From an uncultured Candidatus Saccharibacteria bacterium (lineage in GTDB: Bacteria; Patescibacteriota; Saccharimonadia; Saccharimonadales; JAGQNJ01), in the NCBI GenBank assembly GCA_965231045.1, contig OZ246406.1, forward strand, positions 322,208-386,207: a stretch of 64,000 nt of DNA, written 5' to 3'. Below, in pieces: positions 36,378-44,873 of this stretch (the stretch's first letter is position 1; every line of letters begins with the position of its first letter). A program made the position numbers and the translations under genes. The notes below the pieces were generated by a model, which was not told the DNA's origin, made no database searches, and worked only from the letters and a program-made list of their open reading frames with translations.

Positions 36378-37168
36378 TATCAATTATAAAATGGACTATT
36401 TGGCAAAGGCGTTGGTTCATCCTATGGTGGTGTTTGGGTATCGCTGCTTTTATCTTTGTAAACTTGATATTTTATCCATCGTTTAAAGATCAGGCAGCAG
36501 AACTTGAAAAATCGCTGGCATCTATACCAGATTCAGCTCGAGCCTTATTCTCTGATACAGGCGACTTCTTTTCCCCTGAAGGCTATCTAAGTAGCCAAGT
36601 ATTCTACCTAATGATGCCTCTACTTTTAGGAATTCTATCTATAACACTCGGAAGTTCACTCATCGCACGTGAGGAAAAAGAAGGTACAATCGAGTTATTA
36701 TTAAGTCGGCCGATTTCACGTAGTCGGCTTTTGCTTGGTAAAGCTATCGGCGGGCTTATTGTGGTTGGGGTAGTAAGCACTGTTGGACTAGCAACCGTGC
36801 TGATTATGTCCAAGCTCGTCGGTATTCCGATTGCTACTATTCATATTGGTCTGACAATGCTGGCAAGTATTTTAGTCGCGTTGTCATTTGGAACAATTGC
36901 CTTCACCATTACTATGCTCGGTAAGGCGAGGGTAGCAAGTGTAGGGCTCAGCACGTTAATCGCACTTGGGGGTTATATTATCGTTTCATTATCAGGTGCA
37001 GCAACTTGGCTCAAATGGCCAAGTAAGATTTTCCCATTTTACTACTATCATCCTGCAGAAATTCTTAAAAGCACCTACAATTGGCAAAATATGCTTTATG
37101 TCATAGGTGTTATGGTCGCTTGTATTTTTATATCGTGGTTCGCGTTTCGTGGCCGTGATATTGGATAA
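36374..37168 (+). CDS. ABC-2 family transporter permease
   Basis: ATGA overlap with the ATPase gene. Six TM helices. Confidence 0.8.
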   Translation: MISIIKWTIWQRRWFILWWCLGIAAFIFVNLIFYPSFKDQAAELEKSLASIPDSARALFSDTGDFFSPEGYLSSQVFYLMMPLLLGILSITLGSSLIAREEKEGTIELLLSRPISRSRLLLGKAIGGLIVVGVVSTVGLATVLIMSKLVGIPIATIHIGLTMLASILVALSFGTIAFTITMLGKARVASVGLSTLIALGGYIIVSLSGAATWLKWPSKIFPFYYYHPAEILKSTYNWQNMLYVIGVMVACIFISWFAFRGRDIG

Positions 37169-37173
37169 TACTC

Positions 37174-37755
37174 TTAAAGTAGTACTGCTGCCAAAATCAT
37201 AATAAAAGCCATTGCCGCCATTACTAAGTCCTCGACTAAGCTAACCGTAGTTAAGGGCAAGCGAATAATATTGCCAAGGCATGCACACTGGATATGACTT
37301 CGATGCATAATTGCCTTAGCAATGCCAATAGCTCCTACACTCATAATAATTACTGTGAAGACGTCCCTTGCCGGTGAAAATAGATTGAGAACGTAAATAA
37401 CCCCAAGGAACAACTCAATGAACGGATATATATAGGCATATATTTTGTGTCGCTTAGCCAAAATATCATAATCTCTAAAGGCAATAACGAAGTTTTCATA
37501 ACCGATTAGCTTGAAACCACCAAATACTATAAAAAAGCCGCCCATAAACCAGCGCATCCATTCTTCCCAGTTAAGTCCCGTAAGAGAACTTGTTAATGTG
37601 GCAGCAAGAAACAAGCCAAAAATTATTGCAAAAAATTTCATGTACTCTTTTTTGCTCGACTCAACTACACCATATAATTCATGGTTGACCAGCTGTGGTG
37701 CGGGTTTTTGATCATCGTTGTTTATGTTTATGTAGAATTCTGGATCGTTATTCAT
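37174..37755 (-). CDS. MauE/DoxX-like membrane protein
   Basis: Four TM helices and the CACLGN motif typical of MauE-type proteins. Assignment from memory of the family pattern. Confidence 0.5.
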   Translation of the reverse strand: MNNDPEFYININNDDQKPAPQLVNHELYGVVESSKKEYMKFFAIIFGLFLAATLTSSLTGLNWEEWMRWFMGGFFIVFGGFKLIGYENFVIAFRDYDILAKRHKIYAYIYPFIELFLGVIYVLNLFSPARDVFTVIIMSVGAIGIAKAIMHRSHIQCACLGNIIRLPLTTVSLVEDLVMAAMAFIMILAAVLL

Positions 37756-37813
37756 GTTTCATGAATATTGTACTGTCATAAACCCTAAATAACCATAGAC
37801 ATTTTACTGAGAA

Positions 37814-39595
37814 CTACCAGCCGCCGCCACCTCCGCCGCCGCCACCTCCGCCGGAGAAGCCGCCACCACCTGAAAAGCCGCTCGATCCAGAGCTACTTGG
37901 CGCGGTAAAGCTAACAGCACTTGAACTTGCGAAACTTCCTAAAGAATCAGCAAGATATATCGTATTAAAGGCTGCCCAATTGCCGTGGTACCACTCAGGC
38001 GGTTCAGTATATAAATCTTGAAATTGCTTCGCCCAATCTTTTTCTATTCCAAACAGCATGGCGTAGGGCAAAAGTTTTTCGAATAGTTTTAGCTTGTTTT
38101 CTTTCTTTGTAGGATCACCAAACTGCTTTACGCCTTCGGGACTTTGGAGATACTTAATTCTATCAGCCTCGGCAAGTTGCATATATTCCTTCAACCCTAA
38201 CAAGTAATCACGGGTATCAACCCCCTTTTGAGTTCGTGCTGGCATGACTGCTCCACTAATAAACAGAATTACTCCTGAAATAATCAGCCCGATACCTACG
38301 AATACCCCAATGCCAGTGAAACAAAAAATAAAACCAAGTATAAATGCCAAGGTTGCTTTACCCACAGCAAAGGTCTTTGCCTTGTCGGGATTACTCGCAA
38401 AATAACCTTCTTCAAAGAGTTTTTGGCTTAGGTAAGTATTAATACTGCTGAACTTGGAATACAATTTATTCTTTAGCGAAGATAGCTTAACAACATTACC
38501 TTGCCATGAAGTAAGCCCAAAGAACATTACTACCACCCGCTTTTCTTCCTCAGACAAACTTTCAGGATCTTTAATAAGTTCCAACTCGTAGTCCTTCTTG
38601 TTCCCTAAGCCCTTTTTATCAATTTCGGTAATAGTTAGCCAACCGTTTGTGGCCAGACCGATAATGGCCGCCGACATGACTTTTGTTTCGAGGCGCTCAG
38701 AAAGTATGACACCGCTTTTAAGGACGTTAAATCCTTCGGGTGGTACATATTGAGGAATTATTACACCTTTGCCTTTGGGGTCACGGCCAATTTTGCGCCA
38801 TTTTATATAAACATAAATCATTGTTAACAAAGGGATAAATATTATGGGTGAAATCCAGGCATAAGGTCTAATCCTCTCCCATATTGTTGGTACATAAGGT
38901 TTAAATGTCCCCTTGTTGAAAGCTAATACAAAAGTCAATGTTTCGTATGGCGAAAGTTGTGAAGCTTGTGATGTGACTAAAGTACCGCCTTGTGGGTCAG
39001 AGCCACGAGTTATAGTGCAGTTGGCATTATTTTGCTGAAAACTACCTGCAAAGCAAAGTTGCCGATCCTGAAGACTTTTACTTAACTCAGGTGCAACATG
39101 TACCCTGGCCGTTACTTCACCAAATGGTTGCGGCCATTGATCGCCATTGACATCCCAATAAAGTTCATCGTGATCGTTTTCGAACGAGATTACGTTGTGC
39201 ATGGTGTAAGTAATAATGTAGGTCGTTACTCCATGGACATACACATCAGCATTGCCAATCTTTAAAACTGTGTTGTGACTACTGGTGCTCGTAGAATACT
39301 TAATGTCATGGCCGTATTTATCCTGCACACTTTCTATTTGCAGCCCAAGCGATTTATTCTTATATTCATTAGGAATAGCCCTGAGAATGCCGTGATTTTG
39401 GTCAAAATTAGGAAATACGGCAGTTATGGTTTCGGCCACTTTCATAGTGGCAGCATCTTGTTGGTTTTTACTTACGTAGTAATCAGCATCAAAACTTTGG
39501 ATAGTGAAATCTTGGGTACTAGCATGCGCAGGCTTTGGAATCAGAAAAAAAATAAACGTACTTACAAGTATTAATAGCGCGCCAAGCCTTTTCAC
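37814..39595 (-). CDS. DUF2207-type membrane protein with poly-Gly C-terminus
   Basis: Signal peptide, large extracytoplasmic domain, TM helices, C-terminal SSGSSGFSGGGGFSGGGGGGGGGGGW. Start moved to the GTG at 39595 (MKRLGALLIL), 5 nt after GGAGG. Confidence 0.65.
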   Translation of the reverse strand: MKRLGALLILVSTFIFFLIPKPAHASTQDFTIQSFDADYYVSKNQQDAATMKVAETITAVFPNFDQNHGILRAIPNEYKNKSLGLQIESVQDKYGHDIKYSTSTSSHNTVLKIGNADVYVHGVTTYIITYTMHNVISFENDHDELYWDVNGDQWPQPFGEVTARVHVAPELSKSLQDRQLCFAGSFQQNNANCTITRGSDPQGGTLVTSQASQLSPYETLTFVLAFNKGTFKPYVPTIWERIRPYAWISPIIFIPLLTMIYVYIKWRKIGRDPKGKGVIIPQYVPPEGFNVLKSGVILSERLETKVMSAAIIGLATNGWLTITEIDKKGLGNKKDYELELIKDPESLSEEEKRVVVMFFGLTSWQGNVVKLSSLKNKLYSKFSSINTYLSQKLFEEGYFASNPDKAKTFAVGKATLAFILGFIFCFTGIGVFVGIGLIISGVILFISGAVMPARTQKGVDTRDYLLGLKEYMQLAEADRIKYLQSPEGVKQFGDPTKKENKLKLFEKLLPYAMLFGIEKDWAKQFQDLYTEPPEWYHGNWAAFNTIYLADSLGSFASSSAVSFTAPSSSGSSGFSGGGGFSGGGGGGGGGGGW

Positions 39596-39622
39596 ATACA
39601 CCTCCACTTTGTCTTATTTCTA

Positions 39623-39638
39623 AGTATACAGATATACT
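39623..39638. promoter_or_regulatory. inverted pair of TATACT -10 boxes serving divergent genes
   Basis: AGTATA-caga-TATACT. The plus copy sits 7 nt before the second ATG of rarA (39646). The minus copy gives a 5' UTR of roughly 20 nt with GGAGG for the DUF2207 gene. Confidence 0.5.
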
Positions 39639-39639
39639 A

Positions 39640-40818
39640 ATGGATATGGAACCGTTAGCTGAGAGACTACGACCCAAAACGCTTGAGGATGTTATTGGGC
39701 AGACCCATTTGCTTAGTAAGGGCGCTATTTTGCGTGAAATTGTGAAAACCAAGAAACCTGTGAGTTTAATCTTGTGGGGGCCACCTGGCAGTGGTAAGAC
39801 AACCCTGGCTAGGATTATTGCCCAACAAACGAGTGCTGACTTTATTGAACTTAGCGCTGTAACCGCTGGCCTCGCCGATGTGCGAGCAGTTGTAAAACGA
39901 GCCGAAGAAAATCAACGACTCAAAATGCAAACAATATTATTTGTTGACGAGATCCATAGATTTAATAAAGCTCAGCAAGATGCCTTTTTGCCGCATCTCG
40001 AGCGGGGCACAATCACACTGATTGGGGCAACCACCGAGAACCCAAGTTTTGAAGTAATCACTCCGCTTTTATCACGTAGTCGCGTCTTGGTACTGGAACC
40101 TCACAGCAAGGATGATACCCTAAAGATTCTTAAAAATGCTGTCGAAGAACTTAACGCCAGCAAAAAGGTTGAGTCAAAGGCACTTGATTATATTGCCGAA
40201 TTATCTGGCGGCGATGCCCGAGTAGCGCTTAGCAACCTAGAACTGGCGCTACAGCTTAACCCACGTAAAGTTACCATCGAAACAGTCAAAACTGCCGCTC
40301 AGCGCAAGCTTCCAGGTTATGACAAACAAGGTGAGTATCACTACAACCTAGTCAGCGCTTTTATAAAAAGTATGCGCGGCTCAGATGCTAACGCCACCTT
40401 GTACTACTTGGCACGGATGCTTGATGCTGGAGAAGACCCAAAATTCATAGCACGGCGAATGGTGATATTTGCGAGCGAGGATGTCGGCCTGGCGGCCAGT
40501 GCCGCGCTTACTCTGGCAGTTAGTACCTTCCAGGCTATTGAGCGAATTGGCATGCCTGAGGGATCCTACAATTTGTTTCACTGTGCCACAGTATTAGCTA
40601 AAACCAAAAAATCTCGTGAAGTTACTGACGCCATGAACAGAGCTAAGGCTGCCGCTCGTGATTTCCCAAATGCAACCGTACCACTGCATCTTCGTAATGC
40701 GCCAACCAAACTGATGAAAGATCTTGGTTACTCAAAAGGTACCAAATGGGAGCCAGGCTTCAAACACCCTAAAGGTTTCATGCCCGACGAGATTAAAAAT
40801 CTCGACTTCTTTAGCTAG
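39640..40818 (+). CDS. rarA: replication-associated recombination protein A (AAA+ ATPase)
   Basis: [17 protein letters not shown], Walker [10 protein letters not shown], Walker [11 protein letters not shown] and the MgsA C-terminal domain. The true start may be 39646. Confidence 0.93.
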   Translation: MDMEPLAERLRPKTLEDVIGQTHLLSKGAILREIVKTKKPVSLILWGPPGSGKTTLARIIAQQTSADFIELSAVTAGLADVRAVVKRAEENQRLKMQTILFVDEIHRFNKAQQDAFLPHLERGTITLIGATTENPSFEVITPLLSRSRVLVLEPHSKDDTLKILKNAVEELNASKKVESKALDYIAELSGGDARVALSNLELALQLNPRKVTIETVKTAAQRKLPGYDKQGEYHYNLVSAFIKSMRGSDANATLYYLARMLDAGEDPKFIARRMVIFASEDVGLAASAALTLAVSTFQAIERIGMPEGSYNLFHCATVLAKTKKSREVTDAMNRAKAAARDFPNATVPLHLRNAPTKLMKDLGYSKGTKWEPGFKHPKGFMPDEIKNLDFFS

Positions 40819-40837
40819 CTAATTAACAGATTATTTG

Positions 40838-40861
40838 CTACAATTTCCACCTGAATTGTAG
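40838..40861 (+). terminator. hairpin after rarA
   Basis: CTACAATT-n8-AATTGTAG, followed by gatttcccaagtttt (a weak U tract). Confidence 0.45.
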
Positions 40862-41000
40862 GATTTCCCAAGTTTTCCAAACCAAGGAGCTTTAGTGACT
40901 GTTTGGAGAACTTACAAGAGGCGATGAAGCAACAATGGTTGCCATTTAATCGAAAAAAGTCTTATGATTGGATGGCAAGCCAAGATGCTTACATCGCCGA

Positions 41001-41075
41001 TGGGGAGTGGCCAAGTGGTAAGGCACCGGGTTCTGGTCCCGGCATTCGGGGGTTCGAATCCCTCCTCCCCAGCCA
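41001..41075 (+). tRNA. tRNA-Gln (anticodon CUG), CCA encoded
   Basis: Folded by hand. Acceptor TGGGGAG/CTCCCCA (U1:A72), 3-bp D stem, anticodon stem CCGGG/CCCGG with loop TTCTGGT, T arm GGGGG-TTCGAAT-CCCTC, discriminator G, CCA. Confidence 0.93.
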
Positions 41076-41111
41076 TGCAAAGAGTCAGGTCATTTGGCCT
41101 GGCTTTTTGCA
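41076..41111 (+). terminator. long hairpin immediately after tRNA-Gln
   Basis: TGCAAAGAG-t-CAGGTC-attt-GGCCTG-g-CTTTTTGCA (15 bp incl. 2 G:U) followed by TTTCT. Confidence 0.65.
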
Positions 41112-41134
41112 TTTCTCGTGATTCGGATTCGAAC

Positions 41135-41156
41135 GGGAGCAAACGATTTTGCTCCC
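41135..41156. other. 9-bp perfect hairpin GGGAGCAAA-cgat-TTTGCTCCC
   Basis: Read directly. Preceded by ggattcgaac, which resembles a tRNA T-arm fragment. Confidence 0.7.
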
Positions 41157-41185
41157 CGGCACTTTTGGAGATTGATCAACAAAAG

Positions 41186-41205
41186 CGAATCCCTCCTCAC
41201 CAGCC
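41186..41205 (+). repeat. direct repeat of the tRNA-Gln 3' end (19/20 identical)
   Basis: CGAATCCCTCCTCACCAGCC versus CGAATCCCTCCTCCCCAGCC at 41055-41074. No matching 5' tRNA half upstream of it. Confidence 0.8.
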
Positions 41206-41261
41206 GATTATTGCTATAGGGCGTATAATATAAGTAGAAACTAATGCAAGGGGGGACGCTT

Positions 41262-41666
41262 ATGCGAGGACCAATAGACTACATCGTTGTTGGATTTGAA
41301 GGCAACAAATTTGATGGCAGTATATTAAAAGCACTATCTGATGCACTCGACAAAGGCGTGATTAGCCTTGTTGCATTAAGTATCGTCAGTCGAGATAAAG
41401 ATGACAACGTCAGTGTCATCAATATTGCTGAATCTAACGATAATGAGCTGATTGAGTTTACCGAGCAGTACAAAGTTACCGATTCAGTAGATCAAGATGA
41501 TGTCGATGAAGTTGCCGACCTAATAGAAAAGAACTCTACCGCCGGGTTACTCGTTATCGAGCACTTATGGGCAAAACCACTTAAAAAAGCCCTGCTGGAC
41601 GCAAACGGCGTTTTGCTTGCAGAAGGTCGCATACATCCAGAAGCAGCTAACGAATTAGATAAATAG
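41262..41666 (+). CDS. DUF6325-like protein
   Basis: MRGPIDYIVVGFEGNKF...ISLVALSIVSRDKDDNVSV...AGLLVIEHLWAKPLKKALLDANGVLLAEGRI matches my memory of the DUF6325 pattern that precedes SHOCT genes. AAGGGGGG SD. Start at 41262 rather than 41244. Confidence 0.55.
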   Translation: MRGPIDYIVVGFEGNKFDGSILKALSDALDKGVISLVALSIVSRDKDDNVSVINIAESNDNELIEFTEQYKVTDSVDQDDVDEVADLIEKNSTAGLLVIEHLWAKPLKKALLDANGVLLAEGRIHPEAANELDK

Positions 41667-41678
41667 GAGGATATAATC

Positions 41679-41939
41679 ATGCCAGGATTACTAAGAGGGA
41701 TGGCACGAACAGCCGTTATTGCTGGTACAGCAACCGCTGTTTCTAATAACGTAAGCCGGCGGCAAGCACGACGTTGGCAAGCCGAAGAGCAACCAAATCA
41801 AGAAGCCACACCACAAGCTACAGCCACAGATACAAATGACGAAATGGCTCAGTTACAACAATTAGCACAACTTAAAGAACAAGGGATTTTGACCCAAGAA
41901 GAATTTGATGCAAAAAAGAAGCAAATTCTAGGCTTATAA
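41679..41939 (+). CDS. SHOCT-domain protein
   Basis: AGGAGG SD. C-terminal LAQLKEQGILTQEEFDAKKKQILG is the SHOCT motif. One N-terminal hydrophobic segment. Confidence 0.75.
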   Translation: MPGLLRGMARTAVIAGTATAVSNNVSRRQARRWQAEEQPNQEATPQATATDTNDEMAQLQQLAQLKEQGILTQEEFDAKKKQILGL

Positions 41940-41940
41940 G

Positions 41941-43755
41941 TTACTGCCACTGGCATTGCAGGGTGTCACTATTATCACGGATGTTTACACAGTCTTCGCG
42001 GTGAAGTTTAAATATGCCTTCGAGCTTTGAAGGCCGAACAAGTATTGGGTCGCCTGATCGAATACGTTCCGTGCAACAACCTGCAACCCTGCACTCCGGC
42101 TGCTCCCCAACTGTCGGTATGAGGATGGAACCAAGTATCTCTTCGTCACTCATAGTGAGAGTACTCTCACGTACCAACTTAATTTCGGCCAATTCACCAA
42201 TGCCTAAGCGATTTTTGATAAGCTGAGCCACTCGACTTGGTTTACCGCTACGATTACCTGCACCAACAATTTCCAGTAGCGTATCAAAGTTCGGCACACC
42301 TATGCGGTCAGCCAGCATACGCCTATCGGCCTCATCCAGAACATCAAGAGGATCGGGCAAGCCTAAATCACCGACCAACGATGATATAATCAGCCGCCCC
42401 TTTTGCCGTAAATCATCCTGAGCGGCTTTACGCCAACCTTTTTCGATCGCTTTTCTGGCTGATTTTGTATTAACAATTAGGCCCATTCGATCAAAATGGC
42501 TGCGATTAGTAGGATAGGCATCTCTATATTCAATATCCAGTAGTGCGCCATGTTGAATGGCTGAAGAAAACCCGATTGGCTTACCACGCTCCATAATATG
42601 TTTTGTACGTAGTGCTCGACGGCTATGAACCCTAAAACTAGCGTCAAGCGCAGTTGCTCCACGCGCAATTTGATACATATTACCGTCCCCCCTAAAGAAT
42701 AGTATGTCTTCACCTAGGATGCCTTCAGTACTACCACCATTCTGTTGAATATGTTGAGTAGCATGGTCTCGCCATCGGTATAACTTTGGTACCGTGCGAA
42801 ACTCTCGTTTAATTTTACCTGGGACTTCTTTAAATGTTGCGTCGTATGTTTGATGCGATAGCTCTGAATCAGTCTCCGCACGGTGATGCATACCACTAGT
42901 TCGAACCTGTAGCTCAAATGGAAAGCCGAATGGTGTATAGAGCGTTAAATGTAAGCTCTGATAACCGGTTGGTTTGGGGTCTGCAATGTAGTCTTTAAGC
43001 CGCGTGTGTTCCGACTCAAAGCCACTAGCTACAGCCGCCATTGCAACATAGCACTGCTGGATGGCCTGCTCATCCTCGCCATCAATGATGATTCTAAATC
43101 CTAAAAGATCAAAGAGTTCGGCACTGCTTTTATTTTTATCTCGCAATTTTCGCCAAACACTATAGACACTTTTTGCTCTAGTCTGCAGTGAAAATCCTTC
43201 GTTGCTTTCGAGTGTCAACTCAAGTAGTTCTTGAATCTGCTGCCCTACATAGCTCAACATACCACCTTCGGCTTCCAGGCTATCTTTAGCATAGCTCTGG
43301 CTAATATGATCGTATTCCTCAGGTAAAAGTACCTTAAAAGCCTGATCCTCAAGAGCTATTTTATGATGATACTGGCCAGCAATCTCCGCTGCTGGAGCCC
43401 AAATCCAAAAGACTTGCTGCGCCAGAAGTTGCGCCTCATCTGGATTATTTTCCATCGCCTGCCAAACAAAACCAAAGAACCTATCAAGTGTTTTAACGTT
43501 TCCAGCAGCGTCCAATGATAAACGTATGTAGTTTTCTAGAGTTGCATCATGGCTAGTTTTTTCATGTATTGCATTATCTGGTGGCAATATTGCTTTTAGA
43601 CCAGCTAGTCGCAAGAGTCGCTCTGATTCACTTAGCGAAGAGGCTGGCACGGACCAGTCAATATCAAAGGGCGGGACTTCATCAAGAAGTCTTGCACTAA
43701 TTTGATCAGATATCGGCTGGAATTCTTGTGCTTCGACAAGGTCTTCTTTAGACAT
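41941..43755 (-). CDS. RelA/SpoT homologue, (p)ppGpp synthetase with degenerate hydrolase region
   Basis: Synthetase motifs YSVWRKL, LLGFRIII, KDYIADPKPTGYQSLH, ELQVRTSGMHHRAE. TGS-like ILFFRGDGNMYQIARGATALDASFRVH. No HD dipeptide motif in the first about 150 aa. Confidence 0.85.
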   Translation of the reverse strand: MSKEDLVEAQEFQPISDQISARLLDEVPPFDIDWSVPASSLSESERLLRLAGLKAILPPDNAIHEKTSHDATLENYIRLSLDAAGNVKTLDRFFGFVWQAMENNPDEAQLLAQQVFWIWAPAAEIAGQYHHKIALEDQAFKVLLPEEYDHISQSYAKDSLEAEGGMLSYVGQQIQELLELTLESNEGFSLQTRAKSVYSVWRKLRDKNKSSAELFDLLGFRIIIDGEDEQAIQQCYVAMAAVASGFESEHTRLKDYIADPKPTGYQSLHLTLYTPFGFPFELQVRTSGMHHRAETDSELSHQTYDATFKEVPGKIKREFRTVPKLYRWRDHATQHIQQNGGSTEGILGEDILFFRGDGNMYQIARGATALDASFRVHSRRALRTKHIMERGKPIGFSSAIQHGALLDIEYRDAYPTNRSHFDRMGLIVNTKSARKAIEKGWRKAAQDDLRQKGRLIISSLVGDLGLPDPLDVLDEADRRMLADRIGVPNFDTLLEIVGAGNRSGKPSRVAQLIKNRLGIGELAEIKLVRESTLTMSDEEILGSILIPTVGEQPECRVAGCCTERIRSGDPILVRPSKLEGIFKLHREDCVNIRDNSDTLQCQWQ

Positions 43756-43850
43756 AAATATACTCTTGTATAAACTATAAAAGCTAGTGTACTATATGTC
43801 AATTTCCTAGCATTCTAAATTAGAAGTTCTCCTAGGCTAAATGTTTCTGT

Positions 43851-43856
43851 TAGAGT
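43851..43856 (+). promoter_or_regulatory. -10-like TAGAGT 6 nt before the ATG (leaderless-type promoter)
   Basis: TAGAGT-gtattt-ATG(43863). No SD. Confidence 0.35.
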
Positions 43857-43862
43857 GTATTT

Positions 43863-44843
43863 ATGACTAGTAATCCGCGAAGCGATCGGCAGAGAGCCCA
43901 AATGCTACTTGAAATTCACCGTGGTGATGTTGATGACTTTTTTAAACTTTGGCCAGAAGATAAAACGTATTTCTTTTCTAAGGATAATAAAAGTTTCGTT
44001 GCTTACGCCATAAGCAACAAAGTTGCCGTGTGCCTTGGTGATCCGGTAGGACCGACTAACTCAATTAAAAATCTCTTGGATGAGTTCAAAGTATTTTGTC
44101 ACAACAAGAACTTAGGAATTGCTTTTATTCAAACGTCTTCAAAATATAAGGATCAATATAAAGCAGCTTCGCTTAAGCCGGTTCTAATTGGAGCTGACGC
44201 AATTATTGATCTTGATGAATTCACAACTCAAACAGTGCATAACAAGTACTTCCGCAATATCGTAAATCGCTTCAGTAAACAAGACTTTTCAGTGAAGCGC
44301 TATACGCCGCCGCACAACAAAGCATTATTAAAAGATTTACGTCAAATATCTGATAGTTGGCTAAAGCTTCCTCGCAGAAAAGAATGGAAATTTTTAACTG
44401 GGCGTTTTTCACACGAGTACCTGCAACAGCTTACTATACATGTGCTGTATGACTCCTCTGGACACGCGAAAGCTTTTGCTAGCGAACTACCTTCTTACGA
44501 ACCTGGCGTGGCTACGATTGATCTTATGCGCCATCGAGTTGATGCCCCGCCAAACAGTATTGATTATTTGTTCATAAAATTACTAGAAGATTTATGCCAG
44601 AGTGGCTATTTATCATTTAGCCTTGGGTTGTCACCGCTTGACGGACGCCCAGCAAAAACTAATTTGCCATCGAGATTTGCCATCAAGCTATTTAGAGCCG
44701 GCAATCATTACATGGGTTTCAAAGGGCTTCATCAATTCAAGTCAAAATTCAAGCCTTCGTGGCAGCAGCGATTTGTTTGGTATGAAGGCTCACCCCTAAG
44801 ATTAGTCCGTATTGGCATAGCAGTCACACACTTACTAAAGTAG
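43863..44843 (+). CDS. standalone aminoacyl-phosphatidylglycerol synthase domain (MprF C-terminal / DUF2156)
   Basis: FFKLWPEDKTYFFSKDNKSFVAYAISNKVAVCLGDPVGP, ISDSWLKLPRRKEWKFLTGRF, IDLMRHRVDAPPNSIDYLF, FSLGLSPLDG. No TM/flippase region. Confidence 0.75.
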   Translation: MTSNPRSDRQRAQMLLEIHRGDVDDFFKLWPEDKTYFFSKDNKSFVAYAISNKVAVCLGDPVGPTNSIKNLLDEFKVFCHNKNLGIAFIQTSSKYKDQYKAASLKPVLIGADAIIDLDEFTTQTVHNKYFRNIVNRFSKQDFSVKRYTPPHNKALLKDLRQISDSWLKLPRRKEWKFLTGRFSHEYLQQLTIHVLYDSSGHAKAFASELPSYEPGVATIDLMRHRVDAPPNSIDYLFIKLLEDLCQSGYLSFSLGLSPLDGRPAKTNLPSRFAIKLFRAGNHYMGFKGLHQFKSKFKPSWQQRFVWYEGSPLRLVRIGIAVTHLLK

Positions 44844-44873
44844 TGTTCTGTTACACTAATCAATGGAATAATT

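Noticed and set aside
37814-37880. GGC/GCC-rich tandem-looking repeat (possible microsatellite or CRISPR-like signal)
   Set aside because: It is the in-frame poly-Gly/Ser C-terminus typical of DUF2207-type proteins. There is no repeat-spacer structure anywhere in the window.
41110-41170. Possible second tRNA (either strand) suggested by ggattcgaac and the 9-bp hairpin
   Set aside because: No acceptor/T-stem pairing can be built around the TTCGAAT-like segment, and the 9-bp/4-nt hairpin is not an anticodon arm. I treat it as a tRNA-derived fragment plus hairpin.
40903-41233. Three overlapping ORFs (72, 76, 89 aa) around 41 kb
   Set aside because: They run through tRNA-Gln and its terminator hairpins. 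The tRNA fold fully explains the region.
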